Under the pieces are notes generated by a model, which was not told the DNA's origin, made no database searches, and worked only from the letters and a program-made list of their open reading frames with translations. A stretch of 64,000 nt of DNA from an uncultured Geminicoccaceae bacterium (GTDB lineage Bacteria; Pseudomonadota; Alphaproteobacteria; Geminicoccales; Geminicoccaceae), in the NCBI GenBank assembly GCA_964402505.1, contig CAYOCP010000016.1, positions 27,853-91,852 on the forward strand, read 5' to 3'. Shown piece after piece: positions 32,820 to 40,935 of the stretch. How positions within the stretch are numbered: position 1 is the first letter of the stretch; the number at the start of each line of letters is the position of its first letter. Both the position numbers and the translations under genes were made by a program.

Positions 32820-33521
32820 CTACTCGACCTCGCGGAACCGTCCGGACGCACTCAGCGCCGCCCAGAAATCGGGCTGCTTCAGCCCCCCCTTGACCCGCGC
32901 GTCCATGGCCGCCTCGGCCGCCTTGATCAGGGGCAGCTTCTCGATGGTGGCGGCGATCCAGGCATGCGGCACGACCACGACGCCGTCCTCGTCGCCGACG
33001 GCGATGTCGCCCGGGCCGATGGCGAGGCCGCCCGCCTGCACGGGAAGGCCGACCGTGCCCGGCCCGCTCTTGGCCGGCGAGTTCGGCGTGACGCCGGAGG
33101 CGTAGCAGGGCAGGCCCACGGCGCGGATGCCGACGATGTCGCGCACGAAGCCGTCGGTGACGAAGGCCACGACCCCCTTGTTCCGCAGCATGCCGAGCAG
33201 GAGGTCGCCGATGATGGCCGCCTCGGCGAAGGAATCGGCTGCGGCGATCACGACGTCGCCGGGCTCGGCGATCTCGAGCGCCCCGAAGACGGCGAGGTTG
33301 TCGGCCGGCCCCGCCTCGCAGGGCACGACGACGCCGGTGAAGGGGCCGCTTTTGTCGATCGGCTTGATCCGACCGTCGAGGGCACCCCGGCCGCCGCCGC
33401 GCGCCGCGAGCAGCGCGTCGGCCACGAAGCCGGTGGGAAGGCCGGCGAAGGCCTCGACCTGCGCAGGGGTCGGCCGCGCAAAGCGCCGGCGGATGGTGAG
33501 CAGCGGAACTTCGTCGATCAT
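32820..33521 (-). CDS. RraA-family protein (HMG/CHA aldolase-like / RNase E regulator fold)
   Basis: 233 aa: ...FGALEIAEPGDVVIAAADSFAEAAIIGDLLLGMLRNKGVVAFVTDGFVRDIVGI...GLPVQAGGLAIGPGDIAVGDEDGVVVVP. ATGA overlap with the upstream oxidase gene. Confidence 0.85.
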   Translation of the reverse strand: MIDEVPLLTIRRRFARPTPAQVEAFAGLPTGFVADALLAARGGGRGALDGRIKPIDKSGPFTGVVVPCEAGPADNLAVFGALEIAEPGDVVIAAADSFAEAAIIGDLLLGMLRNKGVVAFVTDGFVRDIVGIRAVGLPCYASGVTPNSPAKSGPGTVGLPVQAGGLAIGPGDIAVGDEDGVVVVPHAWIAATIEKLPLIKAAEAAMDARVKGGLKQPDFWAALSASGRFREVE

Positions 33522-34699
33522 GGCTCGATGCCTCCAAGGCTGATCCGGTTGCCCCGATGGGCCAGAAGATCGGGGCCGATATCGGCGATGCGCGCAACGC
33601 CCGAGAGGCCCATGGCGCGGTCGAGCTCCTCGTGCAACAGCGCCAGCACCCGGGCGACCCCGGCTTCGCCCGCGACCGCGAGCCCCCAGAGCTGCGGCCG
33701 GCCGATCAGGCAGCAATCGGCGCCGAGCGCCAGGGCCTTCAGGACGTCGACGCCACGCCGCACGCCGCCGTCGAGCAGGATGGGCATCCGGCCGCCCACC
33801 TCGCGCGCGATCTCGGGCAGTGCGTCGAGCGCTGACGCCGCCCCGTCGAGCTGCCGCCCGCCATGGTTCGAGACGATGATGGCATCCACGCCGTGCTCCC
33901 GGGCGCGGCGCGCCTCGTCCGGATGCAGCACGCCCTTGAGCACGAGGGGCCCCTTCCAGTGCTCGCGCAGCGCCTCGACATCGCGCCAGCTCATCGCCGG
34001 ATCGAGCAGGCCCGCCATGCGGCCGGCGAGCGTCTTGATGTCGGCGCTCTCGCCGGCACGGACATAGTTGCCGAAGGTCAGCTTCGGCAACTCCTTGCGC
34101 ATCCGCCAGAGCCAGGGCACCCGCGTCGCCATGCCGAGATAGTCGAGCGGGCGGAAGCGCGGCGGGATGCCGAAGCCGTTGACGATGTCACGTTCGCGCT
34201 TGCCGAGAAGCTGGTTGTCGATGGTCAGGACGAGCGCGTCGTAGCCGGCGGCGGCGGCACGGTCGGTGAGCTCCCTCGTGAAGCCGCGGTCCCGGTAGAC
34301 GAAGACCTGCATCCAGCGCGGCGCCGCACCCGTCTCGGCCAGCCGCTCGAGCGTGCAGACCGAGCCGTGGCTGAGGCAATAGGCGGTGCCGGCGGCGGCC
34401 GCGGCGCGCGCCGCGCAGAGCTCGCCATCGGGCCAGTAGAGACCGGCGAGCCCGGTCGGGCCGATCATCAGAGGCATCGACAGCCGGCGGCCCAGAAGCT
34501 CGATCGAGGTATTGCGCTCCGCCGCTCCCTCGAGCGGGCGCGGCAGCAGCGCCACATCGAGAAAGGCTGCCTCGTTGCGGCGGAGCGTGCGCTCGTCCTC
34601 GGCACCGCCATCGGCGAAGTCGAAGACCGGCCGCGGCAGCACGCGCCGCGCCCGCCTTCGCATCTCGCTCACATTGAACGCACGCTCGAGCCCGGACAT
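33518..34699 (-). CDS. FMN-dependent alpha-hydroxy-acid oxidase/dehydrogenase (LldD / glycolate oxidase family)
   Basis: 393 aa: PVFDFADGGAEDERTLRRN, PLMIGPTG, VLKGV, IIVSNHGGRQLDG, LLDGGVRRGVDVLKALALGA. Confidence 0.9.
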   Translation of the reverse strand: MSGLERAFNVSEMRRRARRVLPRPVFDFADGGAEDERTLRRNEAAFLDVALLPRPLEGAAERNTSIELLGRRLSMPLMIGPTGLAGLYWPDGELCAARAAAAAGTAYCLSHGSVCTLERLAETGAAPRWMQVFVYRDRGFTRELTDRAAAAGYDALVLTIDNQLLGKRERDIVNGFGIPPRFRPLDYLGMATRVPWLWRMRKELPKLTFGNYVRAGESADIKTLAGRMAGLLDPAMSWRDVEALREHWKGPLVLKGVLHPDEARRAREHGVDAIIVSNHGGRQLDGAASALDALPEIAREVGGRMPILLDGGVRRGVDVLKALALGADCCLIGRPQLWGLAVAGEAGVARVLALLHEELDRAMGLSGVARIADIGPDLLAHRGNRISLGGIEP

Positions 34700-34721
34700 G
34701 TCGGTCGCGGCTCCCGGTCCG

Positions 34722-35843
34722 TCAGAGCGGATAGCGCAGGATCGCCGCGAGCGACGCACCCTCCGGCAAATCCGCCCGGCGCACGCCCAGAACCCTCGCC
34801 CCGCCCGCCAGGGCCCGGATGGCGATCTCGTCGACTACGCCGTAGGAGGTGGCGTCCTCGGCCTCGGCGAAGCGCACCTTGCCGTCGGCCTCGTCGACCC
34901 AGCCCGGCACCACGGCGTCGATGTCGACCATGAGCGATTCGATGGCGCAGAAGGTCGCGGCACGCGCGGCCTGGGCGATATCGGCGGTGGCCCGCCCCTG
35001 GTTGGCACGGGCGGCGTAGAGCCGCCGCAGCTCCTCGACCTCCCCGGCATAGAGCGCATCGAGCAGCGGCCGCGCCGCCTCGGCGAGCTCCGCATCGGTC
35101 ATCCGGTCGGGGCTCTTCGTGATCTGCGACGGGGCGAGATGGGGGTAGGTGTTGACCGAGCGGAAGATGTCGTCGACCGGCCGCGTCGCCGCCAGGATCA
35201 GCGGCGTCTCGCGACCGGAGAGGAGAGGCCGAAGTGCGGTGTTGACGGCCCGCGCGAACTGGCGGAGCCGCACCTTCTCGCCTTCGGCGGCGTGAATCCG
35301 TCCGCTCGGCGAGCGATGACCGATCGCCGCCTTGCCGACGGCGCTCGCGGCATCCTTCGGCATGCCGGGCACCCTGACCTCCTGCGGTGGCAGCTCGGCG
35401 AAGACCTCGACGAGGCGCACCGCGTTGTGCGAGAGCGCGAGGACGAGCGCCTCGTTGGGAAAGGTCACCGCGCGCAGCAGCGGCTTCAGGTGGAACCGGT
35501 CGGCGACCTGCGCCGTGGCATGCAGGCTGTTCGGCAGCCGGAACGTCCAGTGCCGCTCGGGCGTCAGGAAGACGGCGAGGCTGCGCGCCTGCAGCCGCCA
35601 GAATTCGTCGTCGTCGTGCAGCTCCTGGAGCTGCTCCTCGATCGCCGCCATTCGCCGCTTGTCGCCACCGGCCGCCTCGAGCTGGGCCAGGGCCTGCGCT
35701 CCGAGATTCTTCAAGGCGATGCGGTCGGCCTCGGCCTCCTGCGTCAGGGGCGTTGTCGGCAGGTAGATCGAGACCCGCGCCGCGCCGCGCGCCTCGGCAA
35801 GGTGGCGGATTTCGGCAGGGGTCGGCATGTCGACATGCAGCAT
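34722..35843 (-). CDS. Hypothetical protein, probable bacterial eRF1/Pelota-like (baeRF-type) fold
   Basis: 373 aa from ATG 35843: MLHVDMPTPAEIRHLAEARGAARVSIYLPTTP..., RFHLKPLL, central HRSPSGR...RLRQFARAV, and C-terminal ...ESLMVDID...GVVDEIAIRALAGGARVLGV...LAAILRYPL. The pattern matches what I remember of baeRF families, but no HMM could be run. Coding confidence is high; functional confidence is moderate. Confidence 0.55.
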   Translation of the reverse strand: MLHVDMPTPAEIRHLAEARGAARVSIYLPTTPLTQEAEADRIALKNLGAQALAQLEAAGGDKRRMAAIEEQLQELHDDDEFWRLQARSLAVFLTPERHWTFRLPNSLHATAQVADRFHLKPLLRAVTFPNEALVLALSHNAVRLVEVFAELPPQEVRVPGMPKDAASAVGKAAIGHRSPSGRIHAAEGEKVRLRQFARAVNTALRPLLSGRETPLILAATRPVDDIFRSVNTYPHLAPSQITKSPDRMTDAELAEAARPLLDALYAGEVEELRRLYAARANQGRATADIAQAARAATFCAIESLMVDIDAVVPGWVDEADGKVRFAEAEDATSYGVVDEIAIRALAGGARVLGVRRADLPEGASLAAILRYPL

Positions 35844-35972
35844 GGCGGAGCGGCTTCCTCGTGCTTGGCGATGCGTGGCGTTTAGCCCCGGCCCGCCGAA
35901 AAGGCACGCGGTTTCGCGCCGGGCGCCAAGCGTGCCCGGCTTGGCAAGGTCCGGTCGTTGCGCCAAGATGTG

Positions 35973-36731
35973 ATGACGAGGACATCATATCAGGGCACCG
36001 GCCGCATTCCGATGGCGCCGATCGCACCCATCCAACGTCGCAAGCTCTTCCAGGAGGTGCTCGATCGCCTGCTCGAGCGGCTGAGCCGGGGCGAGTTCCA
36101 GCCGGGCGACCAGTTGCCGAGCGAGCGCGAGCTGATGCAATTCTATGGCGTCGGCCGGCCGGCAGTGCGCGAGGCGCTGCAGGCGCTCGAGCGCGACGGC
36201 ATCGTCACCATCACGCATGGCGAGCGGGCTCGGGTCGCCATGCCTTCGGCCGAGCGGGTGATCGAGCAGATCGCCCACAGCACGCGCCATCTGCTGCGCG
36301 CCGGCCCCGGCAATCTCGACCACCTGAAGGACGCGCGCCTGTTTCTCGAGACGGGGCTCGCCCGCCGCGCCGCCCTCGCCGCCACGCCCGAGGCCGTGGC
36401 CCGCCTGCGGGCGCGCTTCACCGCCCACGAGGAAGCCGGGCGGCAGGATCGAGACGCGTTCCTGCGGCGCGACATGGAGTTCCACCGCGAGATCGCCACA
36501 ATGGTCGGCAATCCGATCTTCCCGGCGCTGATCGAGGCGATGTTCGACTGGCTCGGCAGCTACTACGTCCAGCTCGTGCGCGTGCGGGGTGCGGAGGACC
36601 TGACCATCGCCGAGCACCGGCGCATCCTCGAGGCCATCGCCGCCGGTGACGGCGAGGCGGCGGCAGCCGCCGTTCACGACCACATCTCGCGCGCCAACGC
36701 GCTCTATCGCCAGTTCGAGGTGAGCGGCTGA
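35973..36731 (+). CDS. GntR-family (FadR-subfamily) transcriptional regulator
   Basis: wHTH ...GEFQPGDQLPSERELMQFYGVGRPAVREALQALERDGIVTITHGERARV plus an all-helical FCD-type C-terminal domain. ATG 35973; the tracked ORF starts at TTG 35958. Confidence 0.85.
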   Translation: MTRTSYQGTGRIPMAPIAPIQRRKLFQEVLDRLLERLSRGEFQPGDQLPSERELMQFYGVGRPAVREALQALERDGIVTITHGERARVAMPSAERVIEQIAHSTRHLLRAGPGNLDHLKDARLFLETGLARRAALAATPEAVARLRARFTAHEEAGRQDRDAFLRRDMEFHREIATMVGNPIFPALIEAMFDWLGSYYVQLVRVRGAEDLTIAEHRRILEAIAAGDGEAAAAAVHDHISRANALYRQFEVSG

Positions 36732-36759
36732 GCGGCGCGGGCAAGGGAGGGAAGACAGC

Positions 36760-38679
36760 ATGGCTGCAACGGGCGATCCGATCCTTTACGGCACGGCGCA
36801 GCCGCCGACGGCGGCGCAGCGGCTCGAGGCCGGCCCCTTGTCGATCGACCTCGAGGGGGGTGCGGTCCGCTACGTCCGCTATGCCGGGCTCGAGGCGATC
36901 CGCGGCATCGACTATCTCGTGCGCGACGCGAGCTGGCGCACCCCCCCGGCGGCGCTCACCATCCGCCGCCGGGAGCAGTCCGAGGAGGGCTTCGTGGTCG
37001 AGCTCGATGGCGTCGTCCGCCAGGACGGGATCGACTACCGCTACAGCCAGACCATCACCGGCGGCGTCGACGGCAGCCTCGAGGTGCTGGTCGAGGCCGA
37101 GGCCGGGAAGGGCTTTCTCACCAACCGCACCGGCTTCGTCGTCCTCCACCCGATCGAGGGCACGGCCGGCCGGCCGGTCAGGGTGACGCACAAGGACGGC
37201 TCGACCAGCGAGACGACCTTTCCGGCGCTCATCAGCCCGGGCCAGCCGATCCTCGACATCAGGGCGCTCCGCCACGAGGTGGCACCCGGGCTCTTCGTCA
37301 CCTGCCGCATGGAAGCGGCGCTGCCGCAGGATGCGGAGACCATCTTCGAGATGGAGGACCAGCGCAACTGGACCGACGCCTCCTACAAGACCTATGTGGG
37401 CTCGCTGCTCGACCCTTGGCCCTACCGCATTGAGCCGGGCACGCGCCTGCGCCAGCGCGTCACCGTGACCTTCGAGGGCGAGGTGCCGGCCGGATCGGGC
37501 GGCGCCGCGGAGGGCGCCGGGCTCCGTCTCGGCCAGCGCACCGGCGGTCGTATGCCGGCGATCGGCCTCGGGCTGATGCCGGCTGGCCTGGCCGCCGCCG
37601 CTGCCGGCAATCCGGCGACAGGGCTGCGCCCCTCGTTCATCACGGCCTATGTCGAGATCGGCACCGGCGATGCCGCCCGCACGCTCGCCGACTATGCCGC
37701 CCTCGCCGGCAAGCTCGGATGCGAGGTGCAGCTCGAGCTCGTCCTGCCGGCCGGCCGACCGCCGGCCGAGCTCCTCGACGAGGCTGCCGCCGCCTGCCGG
37801 TCCGCCGGGCTCCGGCCGGCCCGGGTCCTCGCCTGCCCCGCCCCCTACCTCAAGAGCATCCAGCCGGTGGGTCCCTGGCCGGACGTTTCCGATCTCGGCC
37901 ACATCTACAACCAGGTGCGCCGCGCATTTCCCGATGCGGCGGTGCTCGGCGGCATGTGCAGCTACTTCACCGAGCTCAATCGCAAGCGGCCGCCGGCCGC
38001 CACCATCGACGGCATCGCCTGCACGACCACGCCCATCGTCCACGCCGCCGACGATCGCTCGGTCATGGAGACGCTGGAAGCCTTGCCCGCCGTGCTCGCG
38101 AGCATGCGGGCGATCGCACCGGGCAAGCCCGTGCATATCGGCCCCTCCGCCATCGCCATGCGCCACAACCCCTATGGGGCGGCCACGGCCGCCAATCCCG
38201 AAGCCGGGCGCATCGCCATGGCCCACGACGACCCGCGCCAGAGAGGCCTCTTCGCCGCCGCCTGGAGCGTCGGCTATGCCGCCGCCATGGCGAGGGGCGG
38301 TGTGGCCAGCCTCGCCCTCAACCACCTGGCCGGCCCCTCCGGCCTCGCCAGCGAAAGCGGCGAGCTCTGGCCCGTCTTCCACGTCATGGCGGCCCTCTCC
38401 CGGGCCAGCGGCGCCGAGATCGTGCCGACGGAGATCACCGGCGAGGGCATCGCGGCCCTCGCCTGGCAGATCCCGGACGGCACGCGGCTGCTCCTCGCGA
38501 ATCTGCGCCCCGAGGTCGCCGAGGTGACGTTCGACCGGCCGGTGGCCGGGCACGTTCTCGACGCCGCGGCCGCCGCCGGGCCGGCCCGATCCGCCGACTG
38601 GCCGCCCACCGGCACGCCTGTCACGCAAACAGGCGCCATGAAGCTGCCACCCTTCGCCGTGCTCTTCGCCGAGGCTTGA
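36760..38679 (+). CDS. Uncharacterised 639-aa protein (two-domain; first gene of the catabolic locus)
   Basis: Strong RBS (GGGAGGGAAG, its last base 6 nt before the ATG). The N-terminal ~250 aa look beta-rich (…FLTNRTGFVVLHPIEG…EMEDQRNWTDASYKTY…). The C-terminal ~380 aa alternate helix and strand like a barrel. No family recognised by eye. Confidence 0.75.
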   Translation: MAATGDPILYGTAQPPTAAQRLEAGPLSIDLEGGAVRYVRYAGLEAIRGIDYLVRDASWRTPPAALTIRRREQSEEGFVVELDGVVRQDGIDYRYSQTITGGVDGSLEVLVEAEAGKGFLTNRTGFVVLHPIEGTAGRPVRVTHKDGSTSETTFPALISPGQPILDIRALRHEVAPGLFVTCRMEAALPQDAETIFEMEDQRNWTDASYKTYVGSLLDPWPYRIEPGTRLRQRVTVTFEGEVPAGSGGAAEGAGLRLGQRTGGRMPAIGLGLMPAGLAAAAAGNPATGLRPSFITAYVEIGTGDAARTLADYAALAGKLGCEVQLELVLPAGRPPAELLDEAAAACRSAGLRPARVLACPAPYLKSIQPVGPWPDVSDLGHIYNQVRRAFPDAAVLGGMCSYFTELNRKRPPAATIDGIACTTTPIVHAADDRSVMETLEALPAVLASMRAIAPGKPVHIGPSAIAMRHNPYGAATAANPEAGRIAMAHDDPRQRGLFAAAWSVGYAAAMARGGVASLALNHLAGPSGLASESGELWPVFHVMAALSRASGAEIVPTEITGEGIAALAWQIPDGTRLLLANLRPEVAEVTFDRPVAGHVLDAAAAAGPARSADWPPTGTPVTQTGAMKLPPFAVLFAEA

Positions 38680-38708
38680 ACGGCGGGACCATGTGGTATA
38701 ATCAGCAG
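38676..38708 (+). promoter_or_regulatory. Putative sigma70 promoter with extended -10, copy 1 of a shared 15-mer
   Basis: TTGAAC (38676-38681), a 15-nt spacer, then TGGTATAAT. The 15-mer TGGTATAATCAGCAG (38694-38708) recurs identically at 44740-44754. Lies 55 nt upstream of the SBP gene. Confidence 0.5.
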
Positions 38709-38762
38709 CCAACCAACGCCCGGCAGCGAGCGTCCCGTTCAACCCGGACAAGGGAGGCCACC

Positions 38763-39776
38763 ATGTCCAAGACGAACCTCAATTCGACCCGCCGCACGTT
38801 CACCATAGGCGCTCTGCTCGCCGCCGGCACCGCCGGCCTGCCGGTCCTGGTCAAGGCGGAAGGCGACAAGACGGTGGCGCTCCTCTTCGACAGCCTCGTC
38901 TCGCCCTTCTGGGTGTCCGGCATCGAGATCATGCGCGAGGAGGCCGCCAAGCGCGGCTGGCAGACCCTGGAGGCCATCTCGGACTTCGACGACAACCGTC
39001 AGTTCGAGCAGGTCCGCGCGATGATCGAGCGCAAGGTCGACGGCATCCTGATCATCCAGACCGACGCCAACGCGGTGATCCCGGCCATCCGCGCCGCCAA
39101 TGAGGCCGGCATCCCCATGGTCCACTTCAACCGCCCCCCGGCCGAGAGCGACGCCTACTCGGTCGCGGTCCAGGCCGACAACCGCGCCATCATGGCCGAA
39201 ACGGTCCAGTTCCTGGTCGACCAGGCCCAGGCCAAGGGCGGGACCTACAAGGCCTGCATCCTGATCGGCGATCTCGGCGACGTGAACGCCATCCAGCGCC
39301 GCGACGGCTTCTTCGACGTTGTCGACCAGCATCCCGACCTCATCGAGGTGGTGGCGCGTGTCGCGACCGAATGGAACGCCGACAAGGCCTTCGCCGGCCT
39401 CACCAACGCGCTGCAAGCCAATCCGGACATCAACTTCCTCGTCACCTCGTCCGACTTCATGTTTCCGCAGATCGAGCAGGCGCTGAAGATCGCCGGCAAG
39501 TGGCACAAGCGCGATGAGGAGGGCCACGTCCTCTTCGGCGGCTTCGACGGCGATGCCGGCGCCTACCAGCTCCTGGTCGACGGCTACCTCGACGCCGACG
39601 GTGTGCAGAACCTGTTCCTCGAGGTCGACATGGCATTCGATGCCTTCGAGGAGATGTGGGCCGGCAACAAGCCCGACAAGCTGCTGCTCGACCCCGGCTT
39701 CGTCATCACCGCCGACAATCTCGAGGAGGTGCGCGACCAGATGTGGGGCTACATCGTCTGGAAGCAGAAGCAGTAG
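38763..39776 (+). CDS. Sugar ABC transporter substrate-binding protein (RbsB / periplasmic-binding type 1)
   Basis: 337 aa with a twin-arginine-like signal (STRRTFTIGALLAAGTAG) and a PBP1 fold pattern (VALLFDSLVSPFWV..., DGILIIQTD...). GGGAGG RBS. Confidence 0.88.
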   Translation: MSKTNLNSTRRTFTIGALLAAGTAGLPVLVKAEGDKTVALLFDSLVSPFWVSGIEIMREEAAKRGWQTLEAISDFDDNRQFEQVRAMIERKVDGILIIQTDANAVIPAIRAANEAGIPMVHFNRPPAESDAYSVAVQADNRAIMAETVQFLVDQAQAKGGTYKACILIGDLGDVNAIQRRDGFFDVVDQHPDLIEVVARVATEWNADKAFAGLTNALQANPDINFLVTSSDFMFPQIEQALKIAGKWHKRDEEGHVLFGGFDGDAGAYQLLVDGYLDADGVQNLFLEVDMAFDAFEEMWAGNKPDKLLLDPGFVITADNLEEVRDQMWGYIVWKQKQ

Positions 39777-39791
39777 TCCCCAAGCGGATGG

Positions 39792-39820
39792 CGGCTCGCG
39801 TTCCTATCTGGCGCGAGCCG
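39792..39820 (+). promoter_or_regulatory. Intercistronic GC-rich stem-loop after the SBP gene
   Basis: CGGCTCGCG-N11-CGCGAGCCG (9-bp stem) 16 nt after the SBP stop, with no U-tract. Fits an mRNA-stabilising or attenuating hairpin rather than a full terminator. Confidence 0.45.
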
Positions 39821-39882
39821 TCCGGCTAACGGGAGGGCTTGGCCGAGTTGTCAATAACGACACGCCCGGGAATGTCAGGAAG

Positions 39883-40932
39883 ATGGCGCTGAAGACGGCT
39901 GCCACACCCGCCGCCGCGGTGGCCGGGGGCCGCGGTGGTGCTCGCGCGCGCGACTGGCTCGAGCGGGTAGTGCTCTCCGAATATCTCGTCTTCTACCTGA
40001 CCATCGCCTACTTCCTCGCGGTCTGGCCGATCGTGCCGGAGATCGCGACCTGGAGCTCGGCCTACAACATGCTGACCGACATGCTGCCCCTCTTCGTGGT
40101 GGCGATCGGTCAGACCTTCGTCCTCATCGTCGCCGGCATCGATCTCTCTGTGACCAGCATCATCGCCATGGCGAGCGTCATCGGCGCCTCGGTCATGACG
40201 GCCGATGGCGGCTATCTCGGCGGCAGCTTCCTCGCGGTGCCGGCGGGGATAGCGGCCTTTCTCCTGATCGGCGGGCTCGTCGGCTGGTTCAACGGCTTCT
40301 GCTGCACCCGTCTCGGCATGCCGCCGATCATCGTCACCCTGACCGGGCTCATGTTCCTGAGCGGTGCCGCCATCTGGTACACGACCGGCCACAGCGCCAC
40401 GAGCAGCATCGCCGGCCTGCCCAGAAGCTTCGTGCTGATCGGCCAGGGCAGCGTCTACGGCCTGCCGAACGCGCTCTGGGTGGCGCTCGTGGCCGGCATC
40501 GGCGCCCACCTCCTCCTCGGCCATACCGTCTTCGGCCGCTGGCTCTACGCCATCGGCATCAATCGCAACGCCGCCGAGATTTCCGGCGTGCCGGTGGAGA
40601 AGGCCGTCCTTTGGACCTTCGTCATCTCCGGCGTCTGCGCCTCGATTGCCTCGATCCTCTACACCGGCCGGCTCGAGACCGGCACGCCGGTGCTAGGCCA
40701 GCGCATCCTGCTCGACATCATCGCGGCCGTGGTGATCGGCGGCACCAGCCTCGCCGGCGGCAAGGGCAAAATCGTCTGGACGCTGGGCGGCGTGCTCTTC
40801 CTCGTGGTCATCGACAGCAGCCTCAAGCTGCTCGGCATGTCGCTGTTCGTCGTCTTCGCGGTCAAGGGCGGGGTGATCCTCTTCGCTGCGATCATCGACG
40901 CCATGCGCCAGCGCATCATGTTGCGGAGCTGA
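39883..40932 (+). CDS. Sugar ABC transporter permease (RbsC/AraH family)
   Basis: 349 aa, multi-TM, GIDLSVTSIIAMASV and IGGTSLAGGKGK motifs. ATG 39883 follows AGGAAG. Confidence 0.88.
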   Translation: MALKTAATPAAAVAGGRGGARARDWLERVVLSEYLVFYLTIAYFLAVWPIVPEIATWSSAYNMLTDMLPLFVVAIGQTFVLIVAGIDLSVTSIIAMASVIGASVMTADGGYLGGSFLAVPAGIAAFLLIGGLVGWFNGFCCTRLGMPPIIVTLTGLMFLSGAAIWYTTGHSATSSIAGLPRSFVLIGQGSVYGLPNALWVALVAGIGAHLLLGHTVFGRWLYAIGINRNAAEISGVPVEKAVLWTFVISGVCASIASILYTGRLETGTPVLGQRILLDIIAAVVIGGTSLAGGKGKIVWTLGGVLFLVVIDSSLKLLGMSLFVVFAVKGGVILFAAIIDAMRQRIMLRS

Positions 40933-40935
40933 GCC

